Shown here piece after piece: positions 23,770 through 36,300 of a stretch of 64,000 nt of DNA. Source of the DNA: Nemertoderma westbladi (Eukaryota > Animalia > Xenacoelomorpha). The translations under genes were made by a program, and so were the position numbers. The stretch spans positions 1 to 64,000 of the forward strand of contig JAUCBJ010004237.1 in NCBI GenBank assembly GCA_032718475.1, given 5' to 3'. Below the pieces are notes generated by a model. That model did no database searches. It saw only the letters and a program-made list of their open reading frames with translations, and was not told the origin of the DNA. Each line of letters opens with the position of its first letter. The first letter of the stretch is position 1.

Positions 23770-24645
23770 CAAGTAATAGGAACGAATGCTTTTTCAAACA
23801 ACCATGTTCAGCAGGATCTGGTCTCTCAAATATAGTATAGTGTAGAAAAAATATAGCATTAGCAATATAGCAATATATCAAGCAATAAAAATAAAATGTA
23901 TACGATATTTCGAGTCAGCGTGACTCTTATTCATGTATTATTCTTAAATTCAAATGAATTTTCTAGAACAAATAAATAATTGAAATACTGTATAAATACC
24001 ATAGGTAACAACATAAATATAAAGTTTTAATCTTCTTGAAGAAAACCTGTGTAGCCATGTAAATTTGCGGTTGCTTCATTAATTGTGTTTATTCCGTATG
24101 GTTCTAAGGTCTGCAGTGAGCACTGGTAGTAACCCTCCCTCTTTCTCATTTGGATTTTGAGTTCTTTTCCCTTGTATCCCTTAATACTATCTATTGGTGT
24201 TATATGAAAATCTTCCCATGAATGTCCGTTGCTTGTAAAATGTTGATCAACCTTACATGTCTGCTTGTCCCAGTTACTCTTGTTCTTACACTGATGCCTA
24301 TGGAGTTCGCAAAATAGACACCATTGCAGATCCATCTGCTATTTCCCCAGATGAATTTGGAAGATATAGGGATGACATTTTAGTTTTATATTTACATGAT
24401 ATAGATTTAAAATTAAAACGATTAGTTGAGGATTTAAATGATCAAGTAAAGCCAAGACAAATTAAATTCGTTACTGAACAGATGGGGAGAGAAGTTAATT
24501 TTTTGGACCTCAAAATTTTCATTGACGCCCATGGAACCATTCAAACTGATATTTTTTTCAAACCTATGGACGTACATCAGTAATGGATAGGACTTTGTCT
24601 CACCCACCATCTCAGATCAAGTATGTACCGTATGGTGTAGCTATG
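23770..24645. mobile_element. Second Penelope family: inverted pLTR (EN C-terminus on minus, 24027-24260) joined to an RT fragment on plus (~24290-24645)
   Basis: Minus: QHFTSNGH...REGYYQCSLQTLEPYGIN. Plus: GRYRDDILVL...IKFVTE...VNFLDLKI...TDIFFKPMD, followed by an S-H-P-P-like motif. Confidence 0.85.
23900..23938 (-). ncRNA. Minimal type I hammerhead motif (A3-U8 core variant)
   Basis: Minus strand TAC-ATGAATA(A)-GAGTCA cgc TGACTC-GAAA-TAT-C-GTA. It lies ~90 nt downstream of a GIY-YIG stop codon. Confidence 0.72.
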
Positions 24646-24650
24646 TATGT

Positions 24651-26635
24651 ATGTATAGTGATGAGCTATGTATGGTGATGAAGTGTCGAAATGACCTCTA
24701 CAAGGCGCAGAAAGAGTCCCGACTCAAACAGACTACAGCGGCCAAGAATGTAGTTAAGGCTGCATCTAGGTCCCTGAACAGGCAGTACTCTGTTAATTTA
24801 CAGGAGCTAATAAACCAACAGGTTGATACCATCAATGATGCTGACGACAGCAGGCTATCATCCCAGGCATGGAGATCGATCAACTTGCTTGCTGGTCGAA
24901 AAAGCCAACCAACCACCAAGGTTAAGGCTGAATCACCAGCCGATCACCTCAATGGTTGGAAGGCCCACTTCGAAAAGCTCCTCAATAATGACAGGGTATT
25001 GCCTGATAACTTTATAGAAGTAAAAGTTTCTGAGTCTGTACTCCCAGATATTCCCATTGGTGATATCTCCTTTGCAGAAGTGAAGGCTGCTGCAAAGAGC
25101 ATTAAGACCAATCGTGCCAGTGGAGTAGATGGTGTTCCCCCTGAGGTCTTTAAAATACGTGAGTGTTTAAAGCTCATCTATCCTATCATAGTTGACATGT
25201 ACCGAACAACAAGAGTCCCACAAGAAATGAAAACAAATAAGTTGGTGCCAGTTCCCAAGAAGGGTAACCTAACACTCAATGGTTCTTTTCGGGGAATCTC
25301 ATTGATCTCGATTGCTGCAAAGCTATACAATAGAATTCTATTAAATCGCATCAGGGATCCCATTGAGAGACTGCTCCGTGGAAATCAGAATGGGTTCTGT
25401 AAAGGTCGTGGGACCATGGAGCCTATTTTGGCACTTAGAAGGATAATTGAAGAGTTATCAAAAAAGAAAGACAGGCATCTGGCTGTTATCTTTGTTGACT
25501 TCTTCAAGGCCTTTGATTCAGTCTCTCGCTCACGTATGTTCAGCATACTTTCATTATATGGGATTCCTGATGAAATTATTGCAGCAATCAGATCAGTATA
25601 CGATGGTTCGACAACATTTGTGTCTACGTTGACGGTGACACAGAACCATTTGAAGTGTTATGGGGCATCCTCCAGGGAGACACACTTGCACCATTCTTGT
25701 TCATAATTGTTGTTGACTATGTTCTACGCATGTCCTTAGATCATCATAATGATGATGGGGTGATGATAACTCCACCTACTGGCTCCAGAAGTCGAGGAAA
25801 TCCTGCCAAGTACCTAACTGATCTAGACTTTGCTGATGACTTAGGAGTAATCTCAGAATCACTAGAGGGAGCCCAACGGTTCATTAGAACATGCTGCTTC
25901 TAGTGTTGGTCTTTTTATTAACTCCAGAAAGACCACAATTTTGACAGTAAACTTTGAAAGTCCTCAGCAAGTCTCTGATCGAATGAGCATAAGCTCAAAA
26001 GATGGTATGCTTGAGCATGTGGATGACTTCTGTTACCTGGGATCATGGATCCGGAAGTCAGGCGAGGACCTTCAAATACGTAAGGGAAAGGCATGGGCAG
26101 CCTTGAATAGGCATTCCAGGATTTGGAAGTCACCGAGAATTAATCGGACACTTAAGGTCCGATTATTTAGAGCAGCAGTAGTTCCAGTACTCCTCTATGG
26201 GAGTCCATGCTGGGCTCTAACTGCTGAGGACACCAAATCTCTGGATGGCACTTTCACATGAATGCTGCGCTGGGTTCATTGTGTCAAGTACAATGCACAC
26301 ATCTCCAACCAGACACTATATAACATTGGAGGTGTCTCATTGGTTCCCCCAAGCTTGACACTAGAACAAAATCGCCTCCGCTTTGCAGGACATTGCTTTC
26401 GCTGTGAGGACCAGCCAGTGCATAATCTTGTACTTTGGCAGCCTCATGGAGTGAATAAGCATGGTGGGCAGCCCATGACTTTCTTGAGACGCATCTTAAA
26501 GGACACTGGCCTTGAAGATGCGGATGATCTAGCAAATGTCATGGGTGATAGGGAGTTGTGGCAGTGCAATTTTGTCGATAAGCCGGCACAGCTTAAAAAT
26601 GCAGCTGCAATGCAGCATGCCGTTCCTAGTAGTGG
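24651..26635 (+). mobile_element. 5'-truncated RTE-clade non-LTR retrotransposon (RT, frameshifted)
   Basis: ASGVDGVPPE, VPKKG.L, FRGISL, QNGF, FVDFFKAFDSV, GILQGDTLAPFLF, LDFADD, FCYLGS, LLYGS.CW, RLRFAGH. 3' end CCTAGTAG. Confidence 0.9.
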
Positions 26636-27002
26636 AGGCTAGACAGGATACCAATTAGCCTTCCCCAGTTTCCAGCAGCTGATGTTCATATACTAATACC
26701 AGTCTGCAATCTGTATATAAGTTAGTTTGTGAGCCATTTAATATTGAGATAAAATTCAATGTTTGTTTTAAAACTTAATATAATAGAAAGTTTGTAAATT
26801 CCAGTAAAATATTTCATATATATAATACAGCAATATATATAGTTATGTTATTATTAATCAGTTTTTTCTATGTATATATAACATCATAATAAATAATTCA
26901 AATGTTTCTAACACTAAACTAAACGAAGTTCTATGTAGTTAAAGTAATATTTAATATAAGGATTATTATCTAACCAATCTAATCCTAATATGCTTAGGTC
27001 TA

Positions 27003-27594
27003 TTATAAAGTAAACTGAGATATTAAATGTATAAATTTTGGTAAAGTTAAACTAAAATTTGAAGGTGAGGTCATCCAGGTCATATTACCACTTGCAAATA
27101 CACAAAAGGTTATTGCTTTATCAAAACGCACTAATATATTACAAAATATTTCTGGCTCATGGAATATTTGTATATGTGTATTATTTTCTATATGGAAGCC
27201 AACCTGATATGCAAATTTTGTAAAATTAATTTTATATTTGAATACATATGTATGAGAATTTATACAGTATACCTCTAATTCCATTTTAGTTATTAATTTG
27301 ATATAGTTTAATACCTTATCAATGGCCTTATCAATATATTTACAATGGCCTAATATTGTTACTTTTCCACCAGCAAAAAATAAAACAGTATATTCATATA
27401 TTTTAAATATAAATTGAATTGGTTTCTGATGTAGAACACCTTTAGATGGTTATTAAGTTTGTTTAAATTAATTAGTTGTTTTATTTTTGGTCTACAACTT
27501 ATATTACTATTTATATTGTATAATTTGGTATAGCTGTAGGAATCATAGATTCCAATTTACTAAAAGTAGGTTCATCTAATTCAGAATCAGACAT
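27003..27594 (-). pseudogene. TATA-binding-protein-like ORF (two TBP half-repeats), two frameshifts near the 5' end
   Basis: Manual translation: MSDSELDE...NYTI / SNISCRPKIKQLINLNKL / LHQKPIQFIFKIYEYTVLFFAGGKVTILG ... INFTKF ... FHEPEIFCNILVRFDKAITFCVFASGNMTW. Compare TBP motifs ALIFSSGKMVCTG and YEPELFPGLIYRM..LLIFVSGKVV. Confidence 0.62.
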
Positions 27595-27601
27595 AATTAA
27601 A

Positions 27602-30600
27602 CTATATTAATACTGGTTGATGATATTGATGAGGAATTGGTCGAGTTACTCCTGTTTTATAATGTCCAAATGGCAAGGAAGTGTTACCATCATGCCACCA
27701 ACGTTTATCATCAAACAAATTTAATGATCTCTTTATTTCTCTGAGGATCTATAATTGGTGTAGCTTGGATCCTATTTTACGACTTTCTTCATAGAGCTGA
27801 GTGGTCTCCCTATAACTAGTTAAGTATGAATTATGAGTTAACTTTTTATTTATTACTGGTCTTGTAACTCCCTTAGCTGCTTTTTTATCCTCACCACCCT
27901 TAAAACTATATGCTTTAGGCTTTAATAGGACCCATTCGGTATATTCCATTCCCTTGTTTTCATCTTTTACCATATTAAGGTCACCTTTATTTAAAGTACA
28001 GTATAGAGGATGATTACTGTCATAGAAGTATCTAATATCTTGCGATCTTTCATCGCCTTCAAAAATTTAAGATGTGAAATTCCCTTAATAATTATAAAGA
28101 AAGAGTCTGTGTCACCACATGCTATCTGTAATGTACAGTTTAGTTCTTTTTCTAATGGTTTCAGTTTGTCATACAACAATGAATACATACTTAGTTTCGA
28201 TAATGACAGTACAGCTTCTCCAATATATATTTGTTTATTCAAAGTAATCTTTGTTTTAGATAAGGTGTGCCCACTTAGAGAGTCTGTATATATATCAAAG
28301 TGCTTATGGTTTGGCTTTGCTAAAATCTGCTCACATTGATATTTATTATTGCATAATCTAAAGTTCAAACGGTTCCTCAGGTTCTCCATTGTCTTACCAA
28401 ATAATAAATTATTTAATAGTTTATAAAAGTCTTTTTCAAATTTATTTTTGGCATTTTTACGTTTATCAATATTGAAATATATATAATCACGAAATATATG
28501 ACCTTGCTTGAATTTATATAATCTGTGAATTTTTGTAACTTTCATTCCATGACATAAATAAAACTTAAGCAGTTCTAAATGGAGACCATATGCAACCTTA
28601 TTAAACTGATTAAGCAAAAGTTTTTCTGTAGAGTGGTATTTCTTAGCCTGGGAATTTGTTTCTGTAGATGTTGAGGTTTTATTGTGTTGATTCCATAGTT
28701 TTTTTTTTTGATAATCACTCAAAAATTGTTCACATGGTTGTAATTTTTCAGGACAAAATGGTAAGTCTGCAGACATGCAAGTCATGTATGTGATCAGGAT
28801 GATCTAAGTCTAACTGCTAGGTATCCAATTTCACAAGAAGTGTCTAAACCCATTAAATCAATAGTATCAATATTAGTCATTTGTATGTAGTCAGAGCAAG
28901 GAAGCTTTTCTGCTAAACACCCAGCATAATAAATACTTAAACATTCAACATTTAATAAATGACACTCTGGTACTGAAGTCTTATAATTGTCAGTGCCAGT
29001 TATGTTTGCCTCTATATAATGTGTATTTATATATGTCATCCTACCATGTATGGCCTTCTCTATATCGTCATATATATCATGCTTGCTTAAGAGATGTAAT
29101 TTTGTGTTTGTGAACTTTAATTCTGCATCCCAAGTCATGGAGGAAGCTGTTGTTAGGAAGTGGGCTGGATCTAAACCATAGTTATTAAAACAAAGTTGGC
29201 GAAAATTTTAAAAAATGAAAAATGTCAGCTAGTAAACAAGTATGAAGGTGCAAGTATGCTATTAAATAGTCAAATAATGTATTACAACTAAACATTGACC
29301 AAGATTTCTATGCCCTATTATAATCTTCAGGTTCACAGTGACTTAACATTAATTTACTATAGAATTGTTCGATAGGTGGAAGGTGTGTCTGATCTAGTTT
29401 GTCAAGACTAGTTATAGCCTCATATGGGAAGACTCCCTTGCTCTTTAGTATATCATCTGATACTGTAGGGTATAATGTTCTATGTGTTGAACTGTATGAG
29501 GAAGACTTAGAATCAAGTTAGTTATATCATCTGTCAAGAAAGAAGCAAGTTGACCTAAAGAATGGGCCATAAAATTAAAGCTGTCTATAATTTGTATATA
29601 TATTTTATTGATGTTGGTGTTTGGTTCATTAATTTTGTATGGAATTGTACCTTTTATAGTTATTTACTTTTCAGTAGTTTGTGCAATTGTCTCTATTTTC
29701 CAGTCTGAATGTTGATTATTTGTAAATGCTTGAGTTAGTATAAGATGACTGTCGATGCCCTTAAAGTTATGAAATACAACTGCCATATGATTTATTTTTA
29801 AATTAATTTTCTATTGCATTTATGACAAGCAAAAAAAGCAAAAAAAGCATTTCAGCCCTACTTACTTAATACAATTTTATTCTTTGTGTTTTCTAGTGAC
29901 CAAGTATAAAGTTCCCTGAAATGATTTTCTAGAGATGTAAGAAAGTCATCTATACAGTTAGTTGTAGATGTTTGTTTGAAGGTAGCTAAGGATTGTTGAG
30001 GAGGGCCAACTAATTCTTTGTATGGGATAGTAAGGTAGCTGTAGCAAGCAGCAGATGGTTGCAATACATTAGTATATTTAACATGATCATTTGGTTTAAT
30101 TACACATTCGAAGTCAGCATAATGTAATTAATGGCAATGGGATTGTTCTATCAAATCTTGTAAATTTTACATTTAGCTGAGCTCCAGTTGGCATTGATGT
30201 AGCCAGCCGGTGGTTTTAATTGGTAACAACGTATTCTGTGTTCTTCAAGGGCATTGCTAGTATAGAAACCACGGAGACACCTTTCACATCTCTTGCAATG
30301 TGTATCACTTCCATCCCCTGTCATACTGTTCAACAGTCTATCTTTATTGCTTGCTTATGGCATAATAGTGCCTATAATAGTAATAGTACATAATAGTATT
30401 AGTGCCCATAATAATGCATAATAGTTGCTCACTTCTTTTTTTCTATGAATAATAAGTTCAGTAGTTCTTTTCCTTCTATCTTTTTACCTTCAGGCTGTCG
30501 TCATATTTCTACTTTATTTTCAGTGTTATACAGTAGTAAATTTATAGCTACGTTTTTGTTTTTTCTTTCAAATCTGTCAATATCATCTTTACAGTTAGTT

Positions 30601-31050
30601 GGAAATCCTACGTCACTAAAATCAAAGTAATTTTCCCATTGATTGTACAAACTCTTTCTATTATAATTAATTGGTATTTGTTTATGAAATTTGGCACAAA
30701 TACAAGCATCTCTAAAACATTCAGATTGGTTTCCACCTTCTATATTAATTATACAGTGTTTGTCTCTCTGTGTTTTAGGGATAAATGCCCCTTTTTTTTT
30801 AATTTTATTTTTTAAATGACCCTTTAAATATATGTCTCTACTATAGCTAGCTACCCTTACTTCAATATTTGATACCCCTAGTATATACCAGCCAGAACCA
30901 CGAGTAATAAAATTTGCAACCTATTCTAAAATATAAGCTAGGCTATCTCCAAACCAGTAGTTAAATTCTGATTCGCTTTTAATTATATTATCACTATTTC
31001 CTCTAGAATTAAAAATAAATATAGCCCCATCCCTATTTCCATCACCATCC
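27602..31050 (-). pseudogene. polB: Protein-primed family B DNA polymerase (Polinton/Maverick-like), heavily degraded
   Basis: GSGW N-terminal motif (~30890), C2H2 CERCLRGF..LEEHRIRC, YADFEC-like (~30110), FHNFKG.D (~29765), KGVFPYE (~29430), KLLNNLLFGKTMEN.R.R, YIG.AVL.LSK..MY, GDTDS, KPKAYS, KGV, FDDKR, LPFGHY. Confidence 0.88.
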
Positions 31051-31053
31051 TCC

Positions 31054-32733
31054 CTATCCATATCTACATACTGATAATGTCATCCTAATAAATCTGTGTG
31101 GTTCTATCGTATCTATATCATGCATGTTAATATTATTTGATATTTCAAAAATATTACATACATTGTTTTCATTTTGTTGCAGAATCCCCTCAATGTCTGG
31201 GTTGTTCCCATTTATCTCACATCTAAAGTACTTTAGACACCCATCATGACAGTTTCGCCTCTCGATAAATGTATCTTCACCTTCGTGATCATTAATGTCA
31301 AGTTGTGGCAGTGAATGTGGCGGCAAAGATGACAATGGCATCTGATGCTGATATGGTAGAGGTAGTGGCGATTGTGGTGGTGGTGGTGGAATCAGAGGTG
31401 ATGGTAGCAGAACTGGTGACTGTGACAGAGGAAGTGGAGGTGGTGGTGCTGTCCTCAGTGGAGAAGTTGGTAGAGATAGCGTAGGTAATGGTTGTGGCAT
31501 CAGCAGTGGCATTGTTGATGGGGGTAAAGTAGTAGTAGGTGACGATATCTGAGCAAGTAGTGGTGATGCTGGTGCAAGTAATGCTGGTAAAGGTGATATA
31601 GGAAGTTGAAGTTGTAAGCTTGACTTCAGCAATGGAGATGGTGATCTAGAGCTTGGTTGTAACAAAAACTGAGAAGATGAGATAGGAATGGCCACTTGAG
31701 GCTGATCTATTGAAGCTGTAGCAAACTGTACTGGTGGCCTACTGATCAGATCAAATTGTGTAGTCATTGGTGGAGGTGGTATACTATACGGGATTGGTGG
31801 TATACTGATTGGTGGCGGGATAGTGTATTGAACTGATGGTATATCCATGGTATCCAGGGTTGAAATATTACTAGGACTACTACTACTACTAGGATCGGCA
31901 TGCTGCATTGCAGCTGCATTTTTAAGAATGCTGTGCCGGCTCATCGACAAAATTGCACCGCCACAACTCCCTATCACCCATGACATTTGCTAGATCATCC
32001 GCATCTTCAAGGCCAGTGTCCTTTAAGATGCGTCTCAAGAAAGTCATGGGCTGTCCACCATGCTTATTCGCTCCATGAGGCTGCCAAAGTACAATATTAT
32101 GCACTGGCTGGTCCTCATGGCGAAAGCAATGTCCTGCAAAGCGAAGGCGATTTTGTTCCAGTGTCAAGTTTGGGGGAACCAATGAGACACCTCCAATGTT
32201 ATATAGTTCTGGTTGGAGATGTGAGCATTGTACTTGATACAATGAACCCGGCGTAGCATTCTTGTGAATGTGCCATCCAGAGATTTGGTGTCCTCAGCAG
32301 TTAGAGCCCAGCATGGACTCCCATAGAGGAGTACTGGAACTACTGCTGCTCTAAATAATCGGACCTTAAGTTTCCGATTAATTCTCGGGGACTTCCAAAT
32401 CCTGGAAAGCCTATTCAAGGCTGCCCATGCCTTTCCCTTACGTATTCGAAGGTCCTCACCTGACTTCCGGATCCATGAGGTCAGGTGGACTACTAGGTTA
32501 CTAGGACTAGTTGATGGTTTAAAATGCTTGGAAGGGGGAGAATGGTCTGGATTGGATATTATTTGTTTGTCGCAATAGTGATGTAGGTAGTTGTCTAGCA
32601 TTAACATGTTCAAACAAGTTGGGCATTGTTGTGTAGAGGATGTTTCTCGGAAATGCTGTGTGCACAAGTGGCGGGGGTAATTTTTCTTTAAAGTAGTTAT
32701 GGGGCAGAAGGCGCATTGAGATTGTCGATTCAT
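31054..32733 (-). pseudogene. Zn-finger + proline-rich ORF, probable N-terminal extension of the polB reading frame, split by an RTE insertion
   Basis: CAFC..HLCTQH and CPTC..HYC. Removing 31880-32497 and one TSD rejoins ..KPSTSPSN|ISTLDT.. in frame. Confidence 0.65.
31880..32497 (-). mobile_element. 5'-truncated RTE copy with (TAG)n tail and 12-bp TSD
   Basis: Near-identical to ~26043-26633. TSD TTACTAGGACTA at 31868-31879 and 32498-32509. Confidence 0.92.
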
Positions 32734-33310
32734 TTCTAAAAAAAATAGAAATGCACATAAAATATTATGTTGCTCGCAAGAATTTTTTTATTTCTATTAG
32801 ACAAACCTTCAATATAACTGTATGACATCATAATATATGAAATGGAGTAAGGGAAAGGCGAGAAACAAACTGACAAAGGTATGTAAATCTTTAGCTGTCA
32901 GTATATTCTTGAATGGAATTTTGTTAGAAGTGGACTCCTTCCATTCAAAGTTTCAGAGCTTTAACATTAGGCAATGCTTGCAGTATTTGGTTCGTTCTAA
33001 AAACAGATTTCATGTGTGAGCATAGTTCCCCATAATGTGTTACTTATATTACTATATTACTATTATTATTACTATTATTTATATGACACTTACTTGAATT
33101 ATTAACAAATGTTTCATTAAATTTTTGTTCAGAATAATATAGATCTCTCTTTTTCTTCAGTATTTATCTTCTTCTTCTTCTTCTAATCCCTTGAATGATT
33201 GATTTTATCAAAACGCGTAAAGATTAGTTATCAATGAAAGCTTAATGATACTATAATAATAATAATAATAATGGTATCGGATAAATACAATTATGTTCGA
33301 AATTTATTAA

Positions 33311-36300
33311 TAGAAATGTTTTTAATATTTGGAGCTCAATAAGGCAAATATATTTCGATTTATATTAAAATCATTATCAATAATAAGCACTATAGGTAGG
33401 TTGTAAGTATGTTATGAAATTGTTATAATTACTTGGTATTTCTAGCAAACTGCGATATACTAACTGTACCGTACATTATACAACATCTGTATGTGCTGAT
33501 ATGCACCAATTGTATTATTACCCATTAACCAATCAAGGCCCACCACTCTGTCACCCCTATTATTACCTCACTGTATTTCTACAGCTTACCGAGCTCAACA
33601 TTACTCATTCACTATAGTTGATCTCATTTCTGCAGTTTCCCAAATGGAAACTCCCCCTATTAACACTCTTTATTACATTGTATTCTTGACTCTTACGATA
33701 TTTTTACGTTTATATTATTAGATCTCTTATTATGTATTCATGTTCTTGTATTTCCGTATATCTTATTACCCCTTACCGCTTATAATCCTATATTATTATC
33801 TTATATATTGTCTATAATAAATACGCTCCTAATTGCCAATCAAATAAACAAATTATTCTTCATGGGATGTAACCGTGTAAACTGGGTGAAATCCATCTAT
33901 AGTTGAACATATTACAATCACATAGATCATCTTATTGTTTTATACACAAGAGCATATCAATCGCTCTTACAATCGCTCTTCTGTCTTGATTGAAGTGTCA
34001 CTAAGTATTCGCGTACCCAGCGGGTCCAAAAATGATTGGCTAGTAACTGAGCCTGGCGCCATTTACGAGTTGAGTATGTATCACTGTCATAGATGGGACC
34101 TGGTGGTAAATTGTAAGCAGGGCGCTGTAATAGAAGGTGGTTCGGAGTTAAGATTTCATCAGCTTTAGGGTCATTGGTACTAAGGCACAAGGGGCGGCTG
34201 TTTAGAATGCACTCTACTTCTGCTAATGATGTCACTGACATGTCATCTGTGACAAGAGAATTGCCAAGGACCTGAAACAGAACTTGTTTGATTGAACGGA
34301 TCAGCCATTCATATACACCACCCATATGGGGGGTGTACGGTGTTATAAATTTCCATGTAATGCCCTTTGGGCGCAGGGCAATATCGATCTGATGTTCCCA
34401 TAGTTCCAGGTTTTGCCGTAATTCTGACTCGGCACCTACGAAGTTTCTCCCATTGTCTGAAACTATTTCCTTTGGCGAACCTCTCCGTGCTTTAAAACGG
34501 AAGAACACATTGATAAAGGCATCAGCTGATGCATCAGCAGCTACATCGAGGTGTACTGCTCTGCAGTTAAGGCACGTAAAGATAAAGGCATAACGCTTTA
34601 TAGAACCTCTCCCGTATTTGACCTTTAGTGGACCAAACATATCAACGGCTGAAAACGTAAATGGCGGCTCATATGGGGTCAGTCTAGAGGACGGCAATGG
34701 CGCCATAAGCTGATTCACACGTGGAGCCTTACATTGCCGACATTTAAAGCACTTACGTATTAAAGACTTGCAGAAAGTGATAAGGCCAGGGATCCAATAG
34801 GATTCCCTTACCTTGGCAACTACTTGGTTGGGACCGGCATGTAATAAATAGATGTGCCAGTGCCATACTATGACATTTGTAAGTGGGTGTAACTTACTCA
34901 AAATTATAGGGTGTTTTGTATCGTAGGATACTGGGGCGGAGGTAATGCGGCCACCTACCCGCAATAAACCATCCTGAGTTAGGATTGGGGCTAGATTAGC
35001 TAGTGGGCTTGAGCAAGCTACTGGGGATGATTGCAGTAACATTTGAATTTCGTTAGGATAAGATTGCCTCTGTGAGAAATAAATCAGACATCGTCCAGCA
35101 TGGTGACGTTCACTTACCGAGACAAATTTACCTTTAAGATTTAAGACCGAATTTGGATTTAAAGAATACTTGCAAAGACGTAAGATCCATGCGAACAGAG
35201 TCTGTAATTTATTCCATGACGAATGTTTAGCTATAAGTGAACCTATAGCATTAAATGCTGTGTTAGAATCAATGTGGACATTAAGAATTATTTCAGAGTC
35301 AGGATTGTGGTATGGTGTCTGTTCTTCGACAACTATGTCAAACCAGAAGTCTGTCATGGTGATGTCATCGTTATAATCAATATCAGATGACACCAATATA
35401 TGAGAAGTTAGCACATCTGGGTTATTGATTAGTGTATTAGTAATAGTTTCTGGGCATATGGTTGATACTGTCGTCCATGTTTCCTCGGGCTGAACGAGAA
35501 AAGGAGGCCCATGCCACAATTTCTGTGAATTAATGAGCTTGACTGCTGTAAGCCCACGAGTAATGTCGTCTGCAGGGTTTAAATGACCAGGTACATGTTG
35601 CCATTGTGAACTGGTTGTACGATCAAGGATATACTTAGTGCGGTTGTGAACAAAACATCGAAATTGCTTGATGGTGTTGTTTATGTACCCAAGTACGACA
35701 GTAGAGTCTGTCCAAAAATAACATTTAGCGATTGGTAAGTCTAGGGATTCTAACACAGTTTCACTTACCTGCGCTGCTAAAACTGCAGCTTGGAGCTCTA
35801 ATCGAGGAACTGAATGTCCAGAGGCTGTACGAACTAACTTACCTTTGCTGAAAACGAAAGATGAATTTATTTCATTATCACTTACAGATTGGATGTACAA
35901 TACTGTACCGTAGGCCACTTTAGAAGCGTCTGAGAAAATATGTAGCTGGTAGTTGATTGGAACCGAATGGACGGGGATGTACATCCTAGGGATTTCCAGT
36001 TCGCTAAGCATAGGAAGTTGATCTCGCCACTTCATCCATTGACGTGCTGTATCTGGTGGGAGTGGGGTATCCCAGTCTAATTCCATTGACCACATTTTTG
36101 CTATAACTAATCGACCTGCTATGATTAATTGGCAAGATAAAGTTAATGGGATCGTACAATGAGCTAGTCAAAGAGACGCATCCCCGTTTAGTTAATGGTG
36201 TGTTTTTAAGCACATAGGAGAATATGAAGTTATCTGAATTTGTGTCCCAGGAAACTCCAAGGGCACAGGTTATAGGAAGATTATCAAAATCTAAGTTAAT

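Noticed and set aside
27003-27594. Host TBP/TRF gene or its processed pseudogene
   Set aside because: Far too divergent from the highly conserved eukaryotic TBP core and packed directly behind polB, so it is treated as element-borne.
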